This document shows, piece by piece, positions 1 to 9,253 of a DNA stretch of 64,000 nucleotides. How positions within the stretch are numbered: position 1 is the stretch's first letter; the number at the start of each line of letters is the position of its first letter. This stretch comes from a virus (taxonomy: Duplodnaviria > Caudoviricetes). The notes under the pieces are model-generated. The model saw only the letters and a program-made list of their open reading frames with translations. It did no database searches and was not told the DNA's origin. Location: positions 43,086 to 107,085 of IMG/VR virus record IMGVR_UViG_3300021431_000090; one strand, given 5' to 3'. Made by a program: the position numbers and the translations under genes.

Positions 1-2
1 AG

Positions 3-137
3 ACGAACCCTTATTTTGGAAAATCTTCGGACACGAAGCCTGTCGAGAACGTCCCAAACGCAAGTGTGTTCTATGAGATGGACACAGGCGACGTTTATAT
101 GTTTGACGACGAAACAAAGACATGGCTGAAACAGTAA
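3..137 (+). CDS. 3' end of small phage tail-region protein (partial)
   Basis: Open frame from the window edge, ...KPVENVPNASVFYEMDTGDVYMFDDETKTWLKQ*; AAGGAGG SD of the next gene follows. Confidence 0.6.
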   Translation, partial: TNPYFGKSSDTKPVENVPNASVFYEMDTGDVYMFDDETKTWLKQ

Positions 138-173
138 TAACGTTTAAGCTCAACAAGGAGGTGCAAAGGAATT

Positions 174-530
174 ATGACTCCTGAGGATCTTGTTCTTCTT
201 GCAATGTGTAAGAAAGCATCCGGCGGCGGCGGTGGAGGCGGGGATGATGCAGGTTCATATGGCACATCAGGAACTATCTCCCTTCCTGCGCAGTGGACTG
301 CTGGGAGCAATGGAACGTACACCGCAACGGCAACTGCAAATGGTTATAGCGTTACTGGGAAGACGGTTGTAAACCTTGTCACAGACGCTGCCGTCATTTC
401 ACAGATGCTTGCTGACGGTGTAAGGCAAATTTATGTTAGTAATAGCGGCGCTGCCCTTACAGCAGTAGCAATAGGCGGCTATCCGTCGAATGCGATGGAG
501 CTGCAAGCAATTTTTTCGGAGGTAAGCTAA
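174..530 (+). CDS. tail-associated hypothetical protein
   Basis: 118 aa, poly-Gly linker, strong SD, stop abuts the next gene. Confidence 0.7.
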   Translation: MTPEDLVLLAMCKKASGGGGGGGDDAGSYGTSGTISLPAQWTAGSNGTYTATATANGYSVTGKTVVNLVTDAAVISQMLADGVRQIYVSNSGAALTAVAIGGYPSNAMELQAIFSEVS

Positions 531-531
531 T

Positions 532-2223
532 ATGGCATTAATTGGTAATCCGATTATAGCTGGTAATGGTGGAGCTGGCAACGGGTATGGTACTTGCTCA
601 ACTGCAGCTGGTACCGCAGCAAAAGTGGTTCCTCTTGCCAACTATAATCTCCAGAATGGTGGAATGGTTTCTGTTAAGTTCACAAACGGAAGCACATCCA
701 CAAGCATGACCCTTAACATTAACAGTAAGGGCGCAAAGCCGGTTCAGTACAAAGGATCTGCAACTCTCGCAAACGATCTGATAAAAGCTGGCGACATAGT
801 AACATTTAACTATGATGGTACAAACTATAATATCCTCTCTATCGATAGATGGGGTAAGGAAGTAAGCGACGTACAGAGTACGCTTGATACAGCAGTCGCT
901 GATATTCGTGAAGACTGCGAAGCAATGGTCTCCCCCGCTGTGAACACTTGGTTGGAAACTAATATTACTAACCCGGATAGTCCACCGCTGGATCGGTCAT
1001 TAACGAATAATAATGCAGCTGCACCTGCCGACCTGGTTGGTGACTTAAAGGAATCAATTAATATCTTAAAGCAGTTCCACAAAGATGAACTTTCATGGGC
1101 GCAGATTCAGCAGATCGTTCAGAGTGGAAACGCACAGGACTGGTTTAACATCGGCGATCAGCTTGAAATAAATTGGACTAAGAACGGTACGGTTCATAAA
1201 CTTCCGTTTGATGTCGTTTCTTTTGACTCTGTTCTGAAATATGGTGAAAGTGCAGAGAAGCCGGGTCTTTGGCTTCAGAGTCATTATGCAGGAGATGGCG
1301 TTCAGTTCAGTGCATCCAATGCTCTGTATGTTGCAACTGAAGCACTTCCTGCCGGGACGTATCATTTCACTATTGGCACAAACTGGGGTACTCACTGCGT
1401 AGCAGGGAAGTCCTATCAGTTCACAACAACAAAACAAATTCCTGCTGGTGGGCAGATTATGGTAGGTAGAAATAATGAATACTACACTTGGGGTGCACCT
1501 GATCAGGCTGTTTCTGGATGGCGTGTGCACACTTTTGAAAGTAGCGCGGCTACAACTCCTCTTGATTCTAATATTGGACTCACTGAAGGCACTGACGGAA
1601 CTGATCTCGGCACTACTACCTCAAGTATAAAGTATAGCGCCAGTGGTATTAATAACCTTCAGAGAGCAGCATACGGCTATAACAGATGGAGTCAGAGTGC
1701 AAACCGGCAGTATTACAACAGTGCAGCGGCAGCGGGCGCATGGTGGACACCTCAGAATCCGTTTGATAGAGCACCGCAGCAGCTTGCATCTCTTGCAGGA
1801 TATATGTCTGGATTTGATGCAGACTTCCTCGCAGTTCTTGGCAAGATTAAAGTTACCACAGCACTGAACACGGTTTCTGATAGTGAGATTGGAACGACAG
1901 AAGACACATATGATACGTTTTTCCTTCCGTCTCTGGAACAGGAGTATATCGTTTTTCAGTTGGCAGGTGTTGAAGGCGCTTACTGGCCGTATTGGAAAGA
2001 ACGTCTTGAATTAGATACTCCGCAGAAACAGGGTGGTGACGGTACGAATGCCAACCATATCCGTTATGCATATGACGCACGTACATCAGCCCAGGACTGC
2101 CGGTTGCGCTCTGCGCGTCGTGGCGATGCGCTTTATACGTGGAGTGTGGGCGCCAGTGGTTCCGCCAGCTTCAACACCGCCGCGACCGCGACTCGTGGGT
2201 GTCCGGCTTGCGTCATCTGTTAA
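532..2223 (+). CDS. tail fibre / receptor-binding protein with C-terminal DGR-type variable (C-lectin-like, DUF6273-like) domain
   Basis: N-terminal YGTCSTAAGTAAKVV tail-fibre motif; FFLPSLEQ and C-terminal RLRSA..G....W.V...G.......A....G.PAC pattern typical of Firmicutes phage DGR targets. Confidence 0.8.
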   Translation: MALIGNPIIAGNGGAGNGYGTCSTAAGTAAKVVPLANYNLQNGGMVSVKFTNGSTSTSMTLNINSKGAKPVQYKGSATLANDLIKAGDIVTFNYDGTNYNILSIDRWGKEVSDVQSTLDTAVADIREDCEAMVSPAVNTWLETNITNPDSPPLDRSLTNNNAAAPADLVGDLKESINILKQFHKDELSWAQIQQIVQSGNAQDWFNIGDQLEINWTKNGTVHKLPFDVVSFDSVLKYGESAEKPGLWLQSHYAGDGVQFSASNALYVATEALPAGTYHFTIGTNWGTHCVAGKSYQFTTTKQIPAGGQIMVGRNNEYYTWGAPDQAVSGWRVHTFESSAATTPLDSNIGLTEGTDGTDLGTTTSSIKYSASGINNLQRAAYGYNRWSQSANRQYYNSAAAAGAWWTPQNPFDRAPQQLASLAGYMSGFDADFLAVLGKIKVTTALNTVSDSEIGTTEDTYDTFFLPSLEQEYIVFQLAGVEGAYWPYWKERLELDTPQKQGGDGTNANHIRYAYDARTSAQDCRLRSARRGDALYTWSVGASGSASFNTAATATRGCPACVIC

Positions 2224-2251
2224 TCAATCATCTTGCGCCGCCACGCGGCGC
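2095..2251 (+). other. DGR variable region (VR) plus downstream GC hairpin
   Basis: GC-shifted 3' end rich in NNC/NNT codons at the expected variable sites; hairpin GCGCCGC-cac-GCGGCGC at 2235-2251 just after the stop. Confidence 0.7.
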
Positions 2252-2265
2252 TAAGAGGAGGAAGA

Positions 2266-2679
2266 ATGTCAGTACCCGCAAATGAAAGAAGTCACGGGAA
2301 ATTAGAAGCAAGCGTAAAAGCGCACGCATTATGCTGTTATACGTTACAGATTACAGCAAACGAGAAAGTGTTTGACCATCAATTTCAAGCATCCTTAACC
2401 AACAGAATAGTGGATACTGCGATAAGTATCCACACACTCTGTTGGAGTGCAAATAACGTTCTTGTTAATAGCAAGGAAGATTTGCGGGAAAGAACATCTT
2501 ACCAAGAACAGGCAGCGGTTCAGTGCAATGTTTTATTAAGTTTAATCGAGATAGCGAAAAAGATTTTTCATCTATCCACGAAACGAGTGACATATTGGAG
2601 CGGACTTGCAATTGATGCAAGAAATCTAATCCGAGGATGGAGAACAGCAGACTTAAACCGCTACGCATACTTTAAATAA
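2266..2679 (+). CDS. avd: Avd-like four-helix-bundle DGR accessory protein
   Basis: MSVP..ER start, AN..V.....ER...Q..A, W...D..RY ending; GAGGAGG SD before ATG 2266; directly after the target gene. Confidence 0.75.
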   Translation: MSVPANERSHGKLEASVKAHALCCYTLQITANEKVFDHQFQASLTNRIVDTAISIHTLCWSANNVLVNSKEDLRERTSYQEQAAVQCNVLLSLIEIAKKIFHLSTKRVTYWSGLAIDARNLIRGWRTADLNRYAYFK

Positions 2680-2700
2680 GTTTTATATGGGGTGATAATA

Positions 2701-2886
2701 ATGGTAGCAATCAACAGAAAACTGACCCCTGCTGAACGTGCCAACCTTGACAACGCTCGTGCAGGTGCAGAGCAAAATGCCGTCAGCATTGATGACATCA
2801 TGAATGCGATGGTAGAACTTGGAGAACTGTTCGCCGAGCAGGATGATGCTCTGGTAGAACTGGCTGAACTTATTGAGGAGGCTTAA
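2701..2886 (+). CDS. small coiled-coil tail-fibre-associated protein
   Basis: Repeated DALVELAEL-type helices; position downstream of the tail fibre. Confidence 0.6.
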   Translation: MVAINRKLTPAERANLDNARAGAEQNAVSIDDIMNAMVELGELFAEQDDALVELAELIEEA

Positions 2887-2888
2887 TA

Positions 2889-3002
2889 ATGGCTAAGATT
2901 TATTACAATCGTATCAAAGCAGGTATCATGACCATCGAGGAAGTTCCTACCAGATGGAGAGCAGCTGTTCAGAAGTTGCTCGATGAGGACGAAGAAGAGT
3001 GA
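2889..3002 (+). CDS. small XkdX/CD1375-like protein
   Basis: MAKIYYNRIKAGIMTIEEVPTRWRAAVQKLL (37 aa, read manually). Confidence 0.65.
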   Translation: MAKIYYNRIKAGIMTIEEVPTRWRAAVQKLLDEDEEE

Positions 3003-3178
3003 AAACCACTACGAGCGTAACTCTTGAAGGAAAAGAAGTCAGAGCAATCATTGCAAAAGCATTGAACGTTCCAATTCCGAATGTGAAACCACTTCGGTAC
3101 AATTTCGCAATTGAAGGAATTGCGCCGGAAGTTGTGGAACAGAAGATCAAAGATTTTCTTGGGCAGTTAGTTACTTAA
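2999..3178 (+). CDS. small hypothetical protein
   Basis: GTG start overlaps the upstream TGA; 59 codons; stop lies in the TTACTTAA arm. Confidence 0.5.
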   Translation: MKTTTSVTLEGKEVRAIIAKALNVPIPNVKPLRYNFAIEGIAPEVVEQKIKDFLGQLVT

Positions 3179-3834
3179 ATGGAGCTATTCATCACTACTG
3201 TTGCACACTGATACACACTGATACACATGGATAAAGCAGACTTGAAATCTATGATGGTAGTGGTCGAGCGACTGCCTCTCCCGCCCTGCGTTGACAGACA
3301 AGCGAGAGATCGTTTAACGGTTAAAGACCATAGATAAAACAGACGGGTTCCGCTAAGCTCGTGAGTGATTGTGGCGAAGATTAAAGCGATGGTAGTTAAG
3401 GGGCATCCGCCCGTCTGAATTATTATGAGGTGACGTATGAGATTTGATTGGGATAGTTTTTGCCTTGGCATTTGTGCAGGGGTAGTATTTGCGGCGATTG
3501 CGACGATTGCTGTGATATGCGTATGCGCCTAATTAAAAAACAAGGGGCATCAATACCCCTTGCTCTTGAGCCACTCGTCCAACGCTTTCTGGATGCACCA
3601 TGACCGAGGACGCTCTTCCTCTTCCATGAACTTATTCAGACGTTCGACAATAGACGGTGGCAGAGAGATTTGATATCGCTCATATCCTTGCTCTTCAATG
3701 CCACGGAGTGAGCGACCACCATTGATGCCCATTGGCAACCACCTCCCACTATCAATATTATACAGTGTGTGTCAATGTGTACTGATACACAACGTGTGTA
3801 TCGATAAGCAACTTTAGTATGGAGCTTTAAGTAA
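3171..3834. mobile_element. putative recombinase-integrated cassette bounded by an 8-bp direct repeat
   Basis: ATGGAGCT at 3179-3186 and 3819-3826; outer arms TTACTTAA (3171-3178) and TTAAGTAA (3827-3834) are perfect reverse complements. Confidence 0.5.
3550..3738 (-). CDS. ribbon-helix-helix (CopG-like) DNA-binding protein
   Basis: RYQISLPPSIVERL...RSWCIQKALDEWL; GGGAGG SD. Confidence 0.75.
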   Translation of the reverse strand: MPMGINGGRSLRGIEEQGYERYQISLPPSIVERLNKFMEEEERPRSWCIQKALDEWLKSKGY

Positions 3835-4044
3835 AAGACATTTCCTTCACAGGTAAAAAATAAATGAATAAATCAGCCGTATTATGCGCATATTTTCACA
3901 AGCATGCATGTACGGCTGGTTTTATAATTAGGTTGAGTTTACAATTTGTTTACAGGATTTATGGCGAAATTCTTGATTTCATACCATCCGACTTTGCTAT
4001 AATTCAATTAAAAAGATTAATTATTATAGCAAAGGAGAAATAAA

Positions 4045-5031
4045 TTGTCAATAGTTTCCAAGCAAATTTTTTTGTCTGAAATTGAAGAAAGCCTTTCGGA
4101 TTATCTAACGGTCACACAGCTCAAAGGAGTCATTGATAATCTAACGGCTACGCTCGGTAAGTATGATATGGAACGCAGCGCTGACGATTCCTGTGAACAA
4201 GAGTTTGATGATATGATACAGGTATTCTTAGAGGCGAAGCGTGTATCAGGCTTATCTGAAGGAACATTAGAGAGATACGTATACATACTTAAAAAGTTTA
4301 GAGAAGCTTGTTCGACTCCAATTCGTAGAATTACCGTGTTTGATCTTCGTTGCTTTTTGATGAAAGAGAAGACTCGCGGTATTTCTACAAGCACAATCGA
4401 AGGATATAGAGATGTGTTCTCAGCGTTCTTTGGATGGGTTGCCCGTGAAGGCCTCTTACCGTATAACCCATGCGGGAATCTTGCGGTAGTAAAAAGCAAG
4501 AAAGAGGTAAGGCTCCCTTATAGTGACGTTGATATCGAAAAATTAAAAGAAGCTTGTCAGTCTATAAGAGATAAGGCGATGATATGCTTCCTGTTGTCTA
4601 CTGGATGCAGAATCAGTGAGGTGTGTGCGTTGAACAGAGACGATGTGGATCTACTCAACAAAGAATGCATCGTGCTCGGAAAAGGTAACAAAGAACGTAG
4701 AGTTTATATGGATGATATCTCCGTGATGATGCTCAAAAGGTATCTCGATGAGCGTACGGATGATTCAGAAGCGTTGTTTGTCGGGAAAGGAACTGAAAGA
4801 ATACAACCGGGTGGTGTAAGAGCGATGCTGAAAAATATCGGTGAAAAGGCTGGGGTCGAGAATGTTCACCCGCATCGATTCAGAAGAACTCTTGCTACAA
4901 ATCTTATCAACCGAGGAATGCCAATTCAGGAAGTTGCCCGTGTTCTTGGACACGAAAAAGTCGACACAACTATGAAATACATTTATATTAACGATGATAG
5001 TGTTCGCACTTCTTATCGTAAATGTTCTTAA
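4045..5031 (+). CDS. XerC/D-like tyrosine recombinase
   Basis: TGCRISE, GKGNKER, HPHRFRRT, LGH..VDTT..Y catalytic set. Confidence 0.93.
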   Translation: MSIVSKQIFLSEIEESLSDYLTVTQLKGVIDNLTATLGKYDMERSADDSCEQEFDDMIQVFLEAKRVSGLSEGTLERYVYILKKFREACSTPIRRITVFDLRCFLMKEKTRGISTSTIEGYRDVFSAFFGWVAREGLLPYNPCGNLAVVKSKKEVRLPYSDVDIEKLKEACQSIRDKAMICFLLSTGCRISEVCALNRDDVDLLNKECIVLGKGNKERRVYMDDISVMMLKRYLDERTDDSEALFVGKGTERIQPGGVRAMLKNIGEKAGVENVHPHRFRRTLATNLINRGMPIQEVARVLGHEKVDTTMKYIYINDDSVRTSYRKCS

Positions 5032-5060
5032 GGCCGCTGCATAATTGCACGGCCTTTTTT
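5030..5060 (+). terminator. intrinsic terminator
   Basis: AAGGCCG-ctgcataattgca-CGGCCTT followed by a T-run. Confidence 0.6.
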
Positions 5061-5091
5061 GAATGAAATGAATTTAAAGGAGGTGTTTCTA

Positions 5092-6150
5092 ATGACGAAA
5101 GTCGAAAGATACACTCAAGATGCTATTAATGTCGCAAATGATGATTCGCACGGCTATAGCATGGAAAACAGAAATGGTGATCCAGACTATGATTGCTCTA
5201 GCCTTGTGTGTGCTGCTGTAGACAGAGCTGGAATCCCAGTAAAAGCAGCTGGTGCAAGCTGGACTGGCAATATGCTTGACGCGTTCCTTAAGTCTGGGTT
5301 TCAGAATATTATAGGGAAAGTAAACATCGACAACGGGGCTGGTATGAAGCGCGGAGATGTCCTCCTTAACGAGGATGCACACGCTGCTCTGTATATCGGC
5401 AACGGCGAAATGGTTAACGCTGGCGGTAACGACGGGCATCCTGAACCGGGCGACCAGACTGGCAGAGAGATAAGAGTGATGAAGTACTGGAATGGCGGGT
5501 GGAATGCTGTACTCCGCTATATGGGCACAGAAGAATATACCGGTGGAGACGACGCCGAGCAGCCTGAAGCACAGCTTTCTGATGACATTATATATCCGCG
5601 ACCGGACGCACCGTGGGCAGCAGAGACAAATAACTTTGACTACCCTGAAATCCTGAAGTATGGCGACGCCGGAACTGTTGTGCAGGAAATGCAGGCTAAG
5701 CTTAATGCTCTCGGATATCCGTGCGGGAAGACAGATGGTATCTTTGGAGATAAGACGCTCGAAGCCGTAACCAACTTCCAGACTCAGAAGCGACTTCTCG
5801 TCGATGGAGAAGCCGGGCCGGAGACTCTCGGTAAACTGCATGAATGCTACAAGGCACTCACTGGCAAAGACGAGGCGTACTATGCTCAGTGGGAGAAGAC
5901 GCCAGAAGAAAAAGCTAAAGCAGATAAACCGCATATCGGTGGATTGTATTTAGGTGATACTGTTGAGTTTATTGGCGGCAATGCATATCTGCTTCCCAAT
6001 GGATCTGTTAGCAAGACATATGAAGCAGGAGCTGCAAAGATCACCAGTATAAATGAAAAAGCAAAACATCCGATTCATCTCGTATTTGTGCGTGGAGCAG
6101 CTACGAAAGTTTATGGATGGGTTGATGTTGAAAACGTAAAGAAAGCGTAA
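5092..6150 (+). CDS. endolysin (NlpC/P60-CHAP-like catalytic domain, peptidoglycan-binding domain, C-terminal SH3-like)
   Basis: DYDCSSLV and HAALYIG; LKYGD.G..V...Q..L..LGY..G..DGIFG..T..AV..FQ; ends YGWVD. Confidence 0.88.
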   Translation: MTKVERYTQDAINVANDDSHGYSMENRNGDPDYDCSSLVCAAVDRAGIPVKAAGASWTGNMLDAFLKSGFQNIIGKVNIDNGAGMKRGDVLLNEDAHAALYIGNGEMVNAGGNDGHPEPGDQTGREIRVMKYWNGGWNAVLRYMGTEEYTGGDDAEQPEAQLSDDIIYPRPDAPWAAETNNFDYPEILKYGDAGTVVQEMQAKLNALGYPCGKTDGIFGDKTLEAVTNFQTQKRLLVDGEAGPETLGKLHECYKALTGKDEAYYAQWEKTPEEKAKADKPHIGGLYLGDTVEFIGGNAYLLPNGSVSKTYEAGAAKITSINEKAKHPIHLVFVRGAATKVYGWVDVENVKKA

Positions 6151-6156
6151 TTATAA

Positions 6157-6450
6157 ATGAAAGAAGAACTAAGCTTTTCGAAGAAGTATTTCGCATATCT
6201 GATTGCGCTTGAGTTCTTTGTAATAGTATTGACAGGGGTAATGGTCGCGATCACATTCGACCCCTCCCCTCTTCAATGGGTAATCGTCGCTTTGTCGGCT
6301 GAGATCTCTGTATACTCATCATTTTATCTAACCAAAAGTCGTTACGAGAATAGGCATAAATACGCGCAAATCTACGTTAAAGAGATAGCTGAAAAATACG
6401 GAATCGATATGGCCGCTAGAATAGCGGAGGTCGTATTAAGGGATTCGTAA
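6157..6450 (+). CDS. two-TM membrane protein, holin-like
   Basis: Two hydrophobic segments; follows the endolysin. Confidence 0.55.
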   Translation: MKEELSFSKKYFAYLIALEFFVIVLTGVMVAITFDPSPLQWVIVALSAEISVYSSFYLTKSRYENRHKYAQIYVKEIAEKYGIDMAARIAEVVLRDS

Positions 6451-6568
6451 TGCCAGTAACAGAGAATTGGAAAACGTACAGGCAGATACATAATGCTCAC
6501 AGAAAAGGCGTATCGTTTGATGATATTGCGTTAGAGTATGATGACACGCCAGAGAATGTAGAAGATTT

Positions 6569-6859
6569 TTGGTATATACGGATATAAGAAAACTAAGGTT
6601 CGATTTCTATTTGGATGAATTAAATGCAGTTATCGAAGTCGATGGCGAACAACACTTTTCACCAGATAGATGCTTTGGTAGTGATGAAAATGAGAGATTA
6701 GATAGGTTTGCATGCATTGTAAAACATGATCAGATTAAAGATAATTACTGCCTTTGTAATGCCATTCCGATAATTCGAGTGTCCTATCTCGATTTTAAAA
6801 GCAAAGAATGGAAGTCATTGATCGATAATTTTATTGCATTATTTGATGATGTCGCATAA
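6569..6859 (+). CDS. DUF559/Vsr-like endonuclease domain, probably N-terminally truncated
   Basis: LRFDFY...IEVDGEQHF...D..K..YC....IPIIRV. Confidence 0.65.
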   Translation: MVYTDIRKLRFDFYLDELNAVIEVDGEQHFSPDRCFGSDENERLDRFACIVKHDQIKDNYCLCNAIPIIRVSYLDFKSKEWKSLIDNFIALFDDVA

Positions 6860-7305
6860 AGAATGAAAGGAGTTCAAATGATTAAGTTTTCCAGATGGCA
6901 GGTTTTCAAACGTCTGCATGACGAGATGGTAGTCTGCAAAAATTGTGAGAAAACATATTTTCTTGAGAACGGCACCGAGGAAGCGCGTGTGTGGTTTAGA
7001 CTGCCTAGACGTTGTCCTAACTGTCATGCGTTCATGATTACAGATAAGTGCTGGTTCCCTCCGAAAGAGTGATTAAATGAGAATTCGTCTTAATCCAGAC
7101 CACTCCGAGCAGATTACATGCTCTCGGTGTGGAAAGGAATTTACGTCACGTGGCATTGCAGATTTTGCGTTTGCATATATGAAGGATGGTATCCCGGTAT
7201 ATGTACAGCGCCCAGGAGTACTTTGCCCGGATTGTGAGGAGAATGAAAAACGGGAATCTGTAAAAGATAATTTTATAGGCGGCCCGTTAGATAAGGAGAA
7301 CGAAA

Positions 7306-7611
7306 ATGCAAATTGATCTTACTCAGGTTATCATTGCTCTCATCGGACTCATTTCGATCATAATCACGTCGTGCGTTGTTCCGTACCTGAAAAGTCGTCT
7401 TACGGTTAGCCAGTATCAGAGTTTAGTTGGTTGGGCTAAGATAGCAGTCGAAGCCGCCGAGAAGATGTTTAACGAAAGCGGTACTGGCGATGCAAAGAAA
7501 AAATATGTGAAGACGTTCCTTACTGAAAAGGGATTTGATTTAAACGATACAGAAGTAGACGTAGTGATCGAAAGCGCTGTCCTTGAGTTGCAGCGTGCAC
7601 TTGCGGCTTAA
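7306..7611 (+). CDS. phage holin (LL-H-like)
   Basis: N-terminal TM, AVEAAEK....G.G..KK..V, IESAV. Confidence 0.8.
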   Translation: MQIDLTQVIIALIGLISIIITSCVVPYLKSRLTVSQYQSLVGWAKIAVEAAEKMFNESGTGDAKKKYVKTFLTEKGFDLNDTEVDVVIESAVLELQRALAA

Positions 7612-7627
7612 GAAAGTGAGGCATATA

Positions 7628-8056
7628 ATGGATGCTATTATGGGTCTCACGCTCAGCCAGTTGATTGGAAGGATTGCAGGGATTGTTGCGGTGGCGTCCA
7701 TTTTTATCGAGATCACGCCTATTAAAGTCAACCCGATTTCGCATATACTGAAATGGATTGGCTCGCAATTGAACAAAGGATTAACTGAAAAAATAAACAA
7801 GATGGAAGAAAAGATCGATGTGCTTGAGCAATCTAATGTTGTGTCATGCAGAGTAAGGATACTACGGTTTGCGGACGAACTAAGACGAGGGGAAAAACAC
7901 TCGCAAGAGATGTTTGATCAAGCACTATCCGATGTCGACACATATGATAAATATTGTATAGAACACCCAGAGTTCAAGAACAATAAAACTGTAATGGCAA
8001 GGAAAAGGATCTTAGAAGTGTATTCCGATTGTCTTGAAAATAATACTTTTCTATAA
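7628..8056 (+). CDS. lysis-module membrane protein
   Basis: IEITPIKVNP..I.KWIG; RVRILRFADE...YC..HPEFKNN pattern common next to holins in clostridial phages. Confidence 0.65.
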   Translation: MDAIMGLTLSQLIGRIAGIVAVASIFIEITPIKVNPISHILKWIGSQLNKGLTEKINKMEEKIDVLEQSNVVSCRVRILRFADELRRGEKHSQEMFDQALSDVDTYDKYCIEHPEFKNNKTVMARKRILEVYSDCLENNTFL

Positions 8057-8083
8057 TGATTAGGAGAATGAAAGGAATTAGCT

Positions 8084-8695
8084 ATGGACGATAAGTCCAA
8101 TACTTATTACTCGGCAAGCATCGCTGTTGCTATCTGCGGAATGGACTTCTGCATGCTTGCGACAGACGTTAAAACTAAACAGAATATTATTAAGGTAAAT
8201 GATAACATACTATTCGGTGGTGTAGGAAACTTCTGGAATGATGAGGAGATCTATGAGCCGATAAAGCATAGGATGAACGACAGACTTTCTATTGTTGATG
8301 CCGTCGAACTAACAGAAAAATATATGTACGATAATTTGGCATATGTGATGACAATGAAGCGTAATTACTTTATTACTGGTAGGGATAATGACGGAATTTT
8401 TTATCTGATACGAGTCAGTCTTAACGAGGAAGAGAAAAGCGTTCAGGTTATCTCATACGTCCCAAAGGATAAAAAGCAGTTGGCAAATATGATAGCGCTT
8501 CCAAATTCACTGAATGATATTGCGTATGTCTCGAAGTATAATTCAATGTTGAATATGATATGCAGAGACTCAGAATACATCCCAGATGTATATCTTGGTT
8601 GCGCTAAAATAATCAAGGAAGCAGCAAAGGATGATACGTCACAATCGATAAGTGACAAGCTATCACTTCTTACATTGCGAACAACCGAACTATAA
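8084..8695 (+). CDS. hypothetical protein, possible Ntn-hydrolase / proteasome-beta-like fold
   Basis: SIAVAICG.DF.MLATD...IIKVNDNILFGGVG resembles the beta-subunit N-terminal strands. Confidence 0.4.
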   Translation: MDDKSNTYYSASIAVAICGMDFCMLATDVKTKQNIIKVNDNILFGGVGNFWNDEEIYEPIKHRMNDRLSIVDAVELTEKYMYDNLAYVMTMKRNYFITGRDNDGIFYLIRVSLNEEEKSVQVISYVPKDKKQLANMIALPNSLNDIAYVSKYNSMLNMICRDSEYIPDVYLGCAKIIKEAAKDDTSQSISDKLSLLTLRTTEL

Positions 8696-8954
8696 AAAAT
8701 AAGCGTCCACTCTCACTGTATCTGTGAGATGATGGGCGCTTTTCTTTCCCGCATGGTGGCTCGACGCTCTACTGTGCGTGTATCTAATAGTAAAGTTGGG
8801 CTGGGTGACAGGCAAAAAGAAAGCCTCCCAGAACGCAAGCTGACGCGAACTGAGAGGCTTATTATTTATAAATGAAAAGAGCGTTTAGTCGCTCTGATAT
8901 CAAAACAATTTATGTATGAGCAAGAAGTACATATATGTCATAGCTTCTGCTCGT

Positions 8955-9244
8955 AGTTCTAACAAAGTTCTAACCAATGTGGTTTCGAATTTTTCCAAGA
9001 ATTCTTGGCTTTTGTGAATACAGCACAAATTTATCAGGTTTTTTAATATAACAGATTAAACAGTTTTTGTGTAGATTACACTAAATTTAAATGGATTAGA
9101 AATCGGACGTTGGGTTCGGGACCAAGAGGCCTCGGGTTCAAATCCCGACACTCCGACTGAAAAGTACCTGATTTCGTAAGAAGTTGGGTACTTTTTTCAT
9201 GCATTTCTGAAGAGTTCTAACAAGAGTTCTAACAGAAATTCTAA
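8955..9244. other. attP: attP: core matching the 3' half of tRNA-Pro(CGG), with arm-type repeats
   Basis: GGTTCGGGACCAAG...GGTTCAAATCC...CTCCGAC at about 9113-9157 with no D-arm or 5' acceptor strand; AGTTCTAAC at 8955, 8966, 9213 and 9225; adjacent to the integrase stop. Confidence 0.85.
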
Positions 9245-9253
9245 AATGTACTG

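Noticed and set aside
9103-9160. Functional tRNA-Pro gene
   Set aside because: No D-arm or 5' acceptor strand; better explained as the attP core
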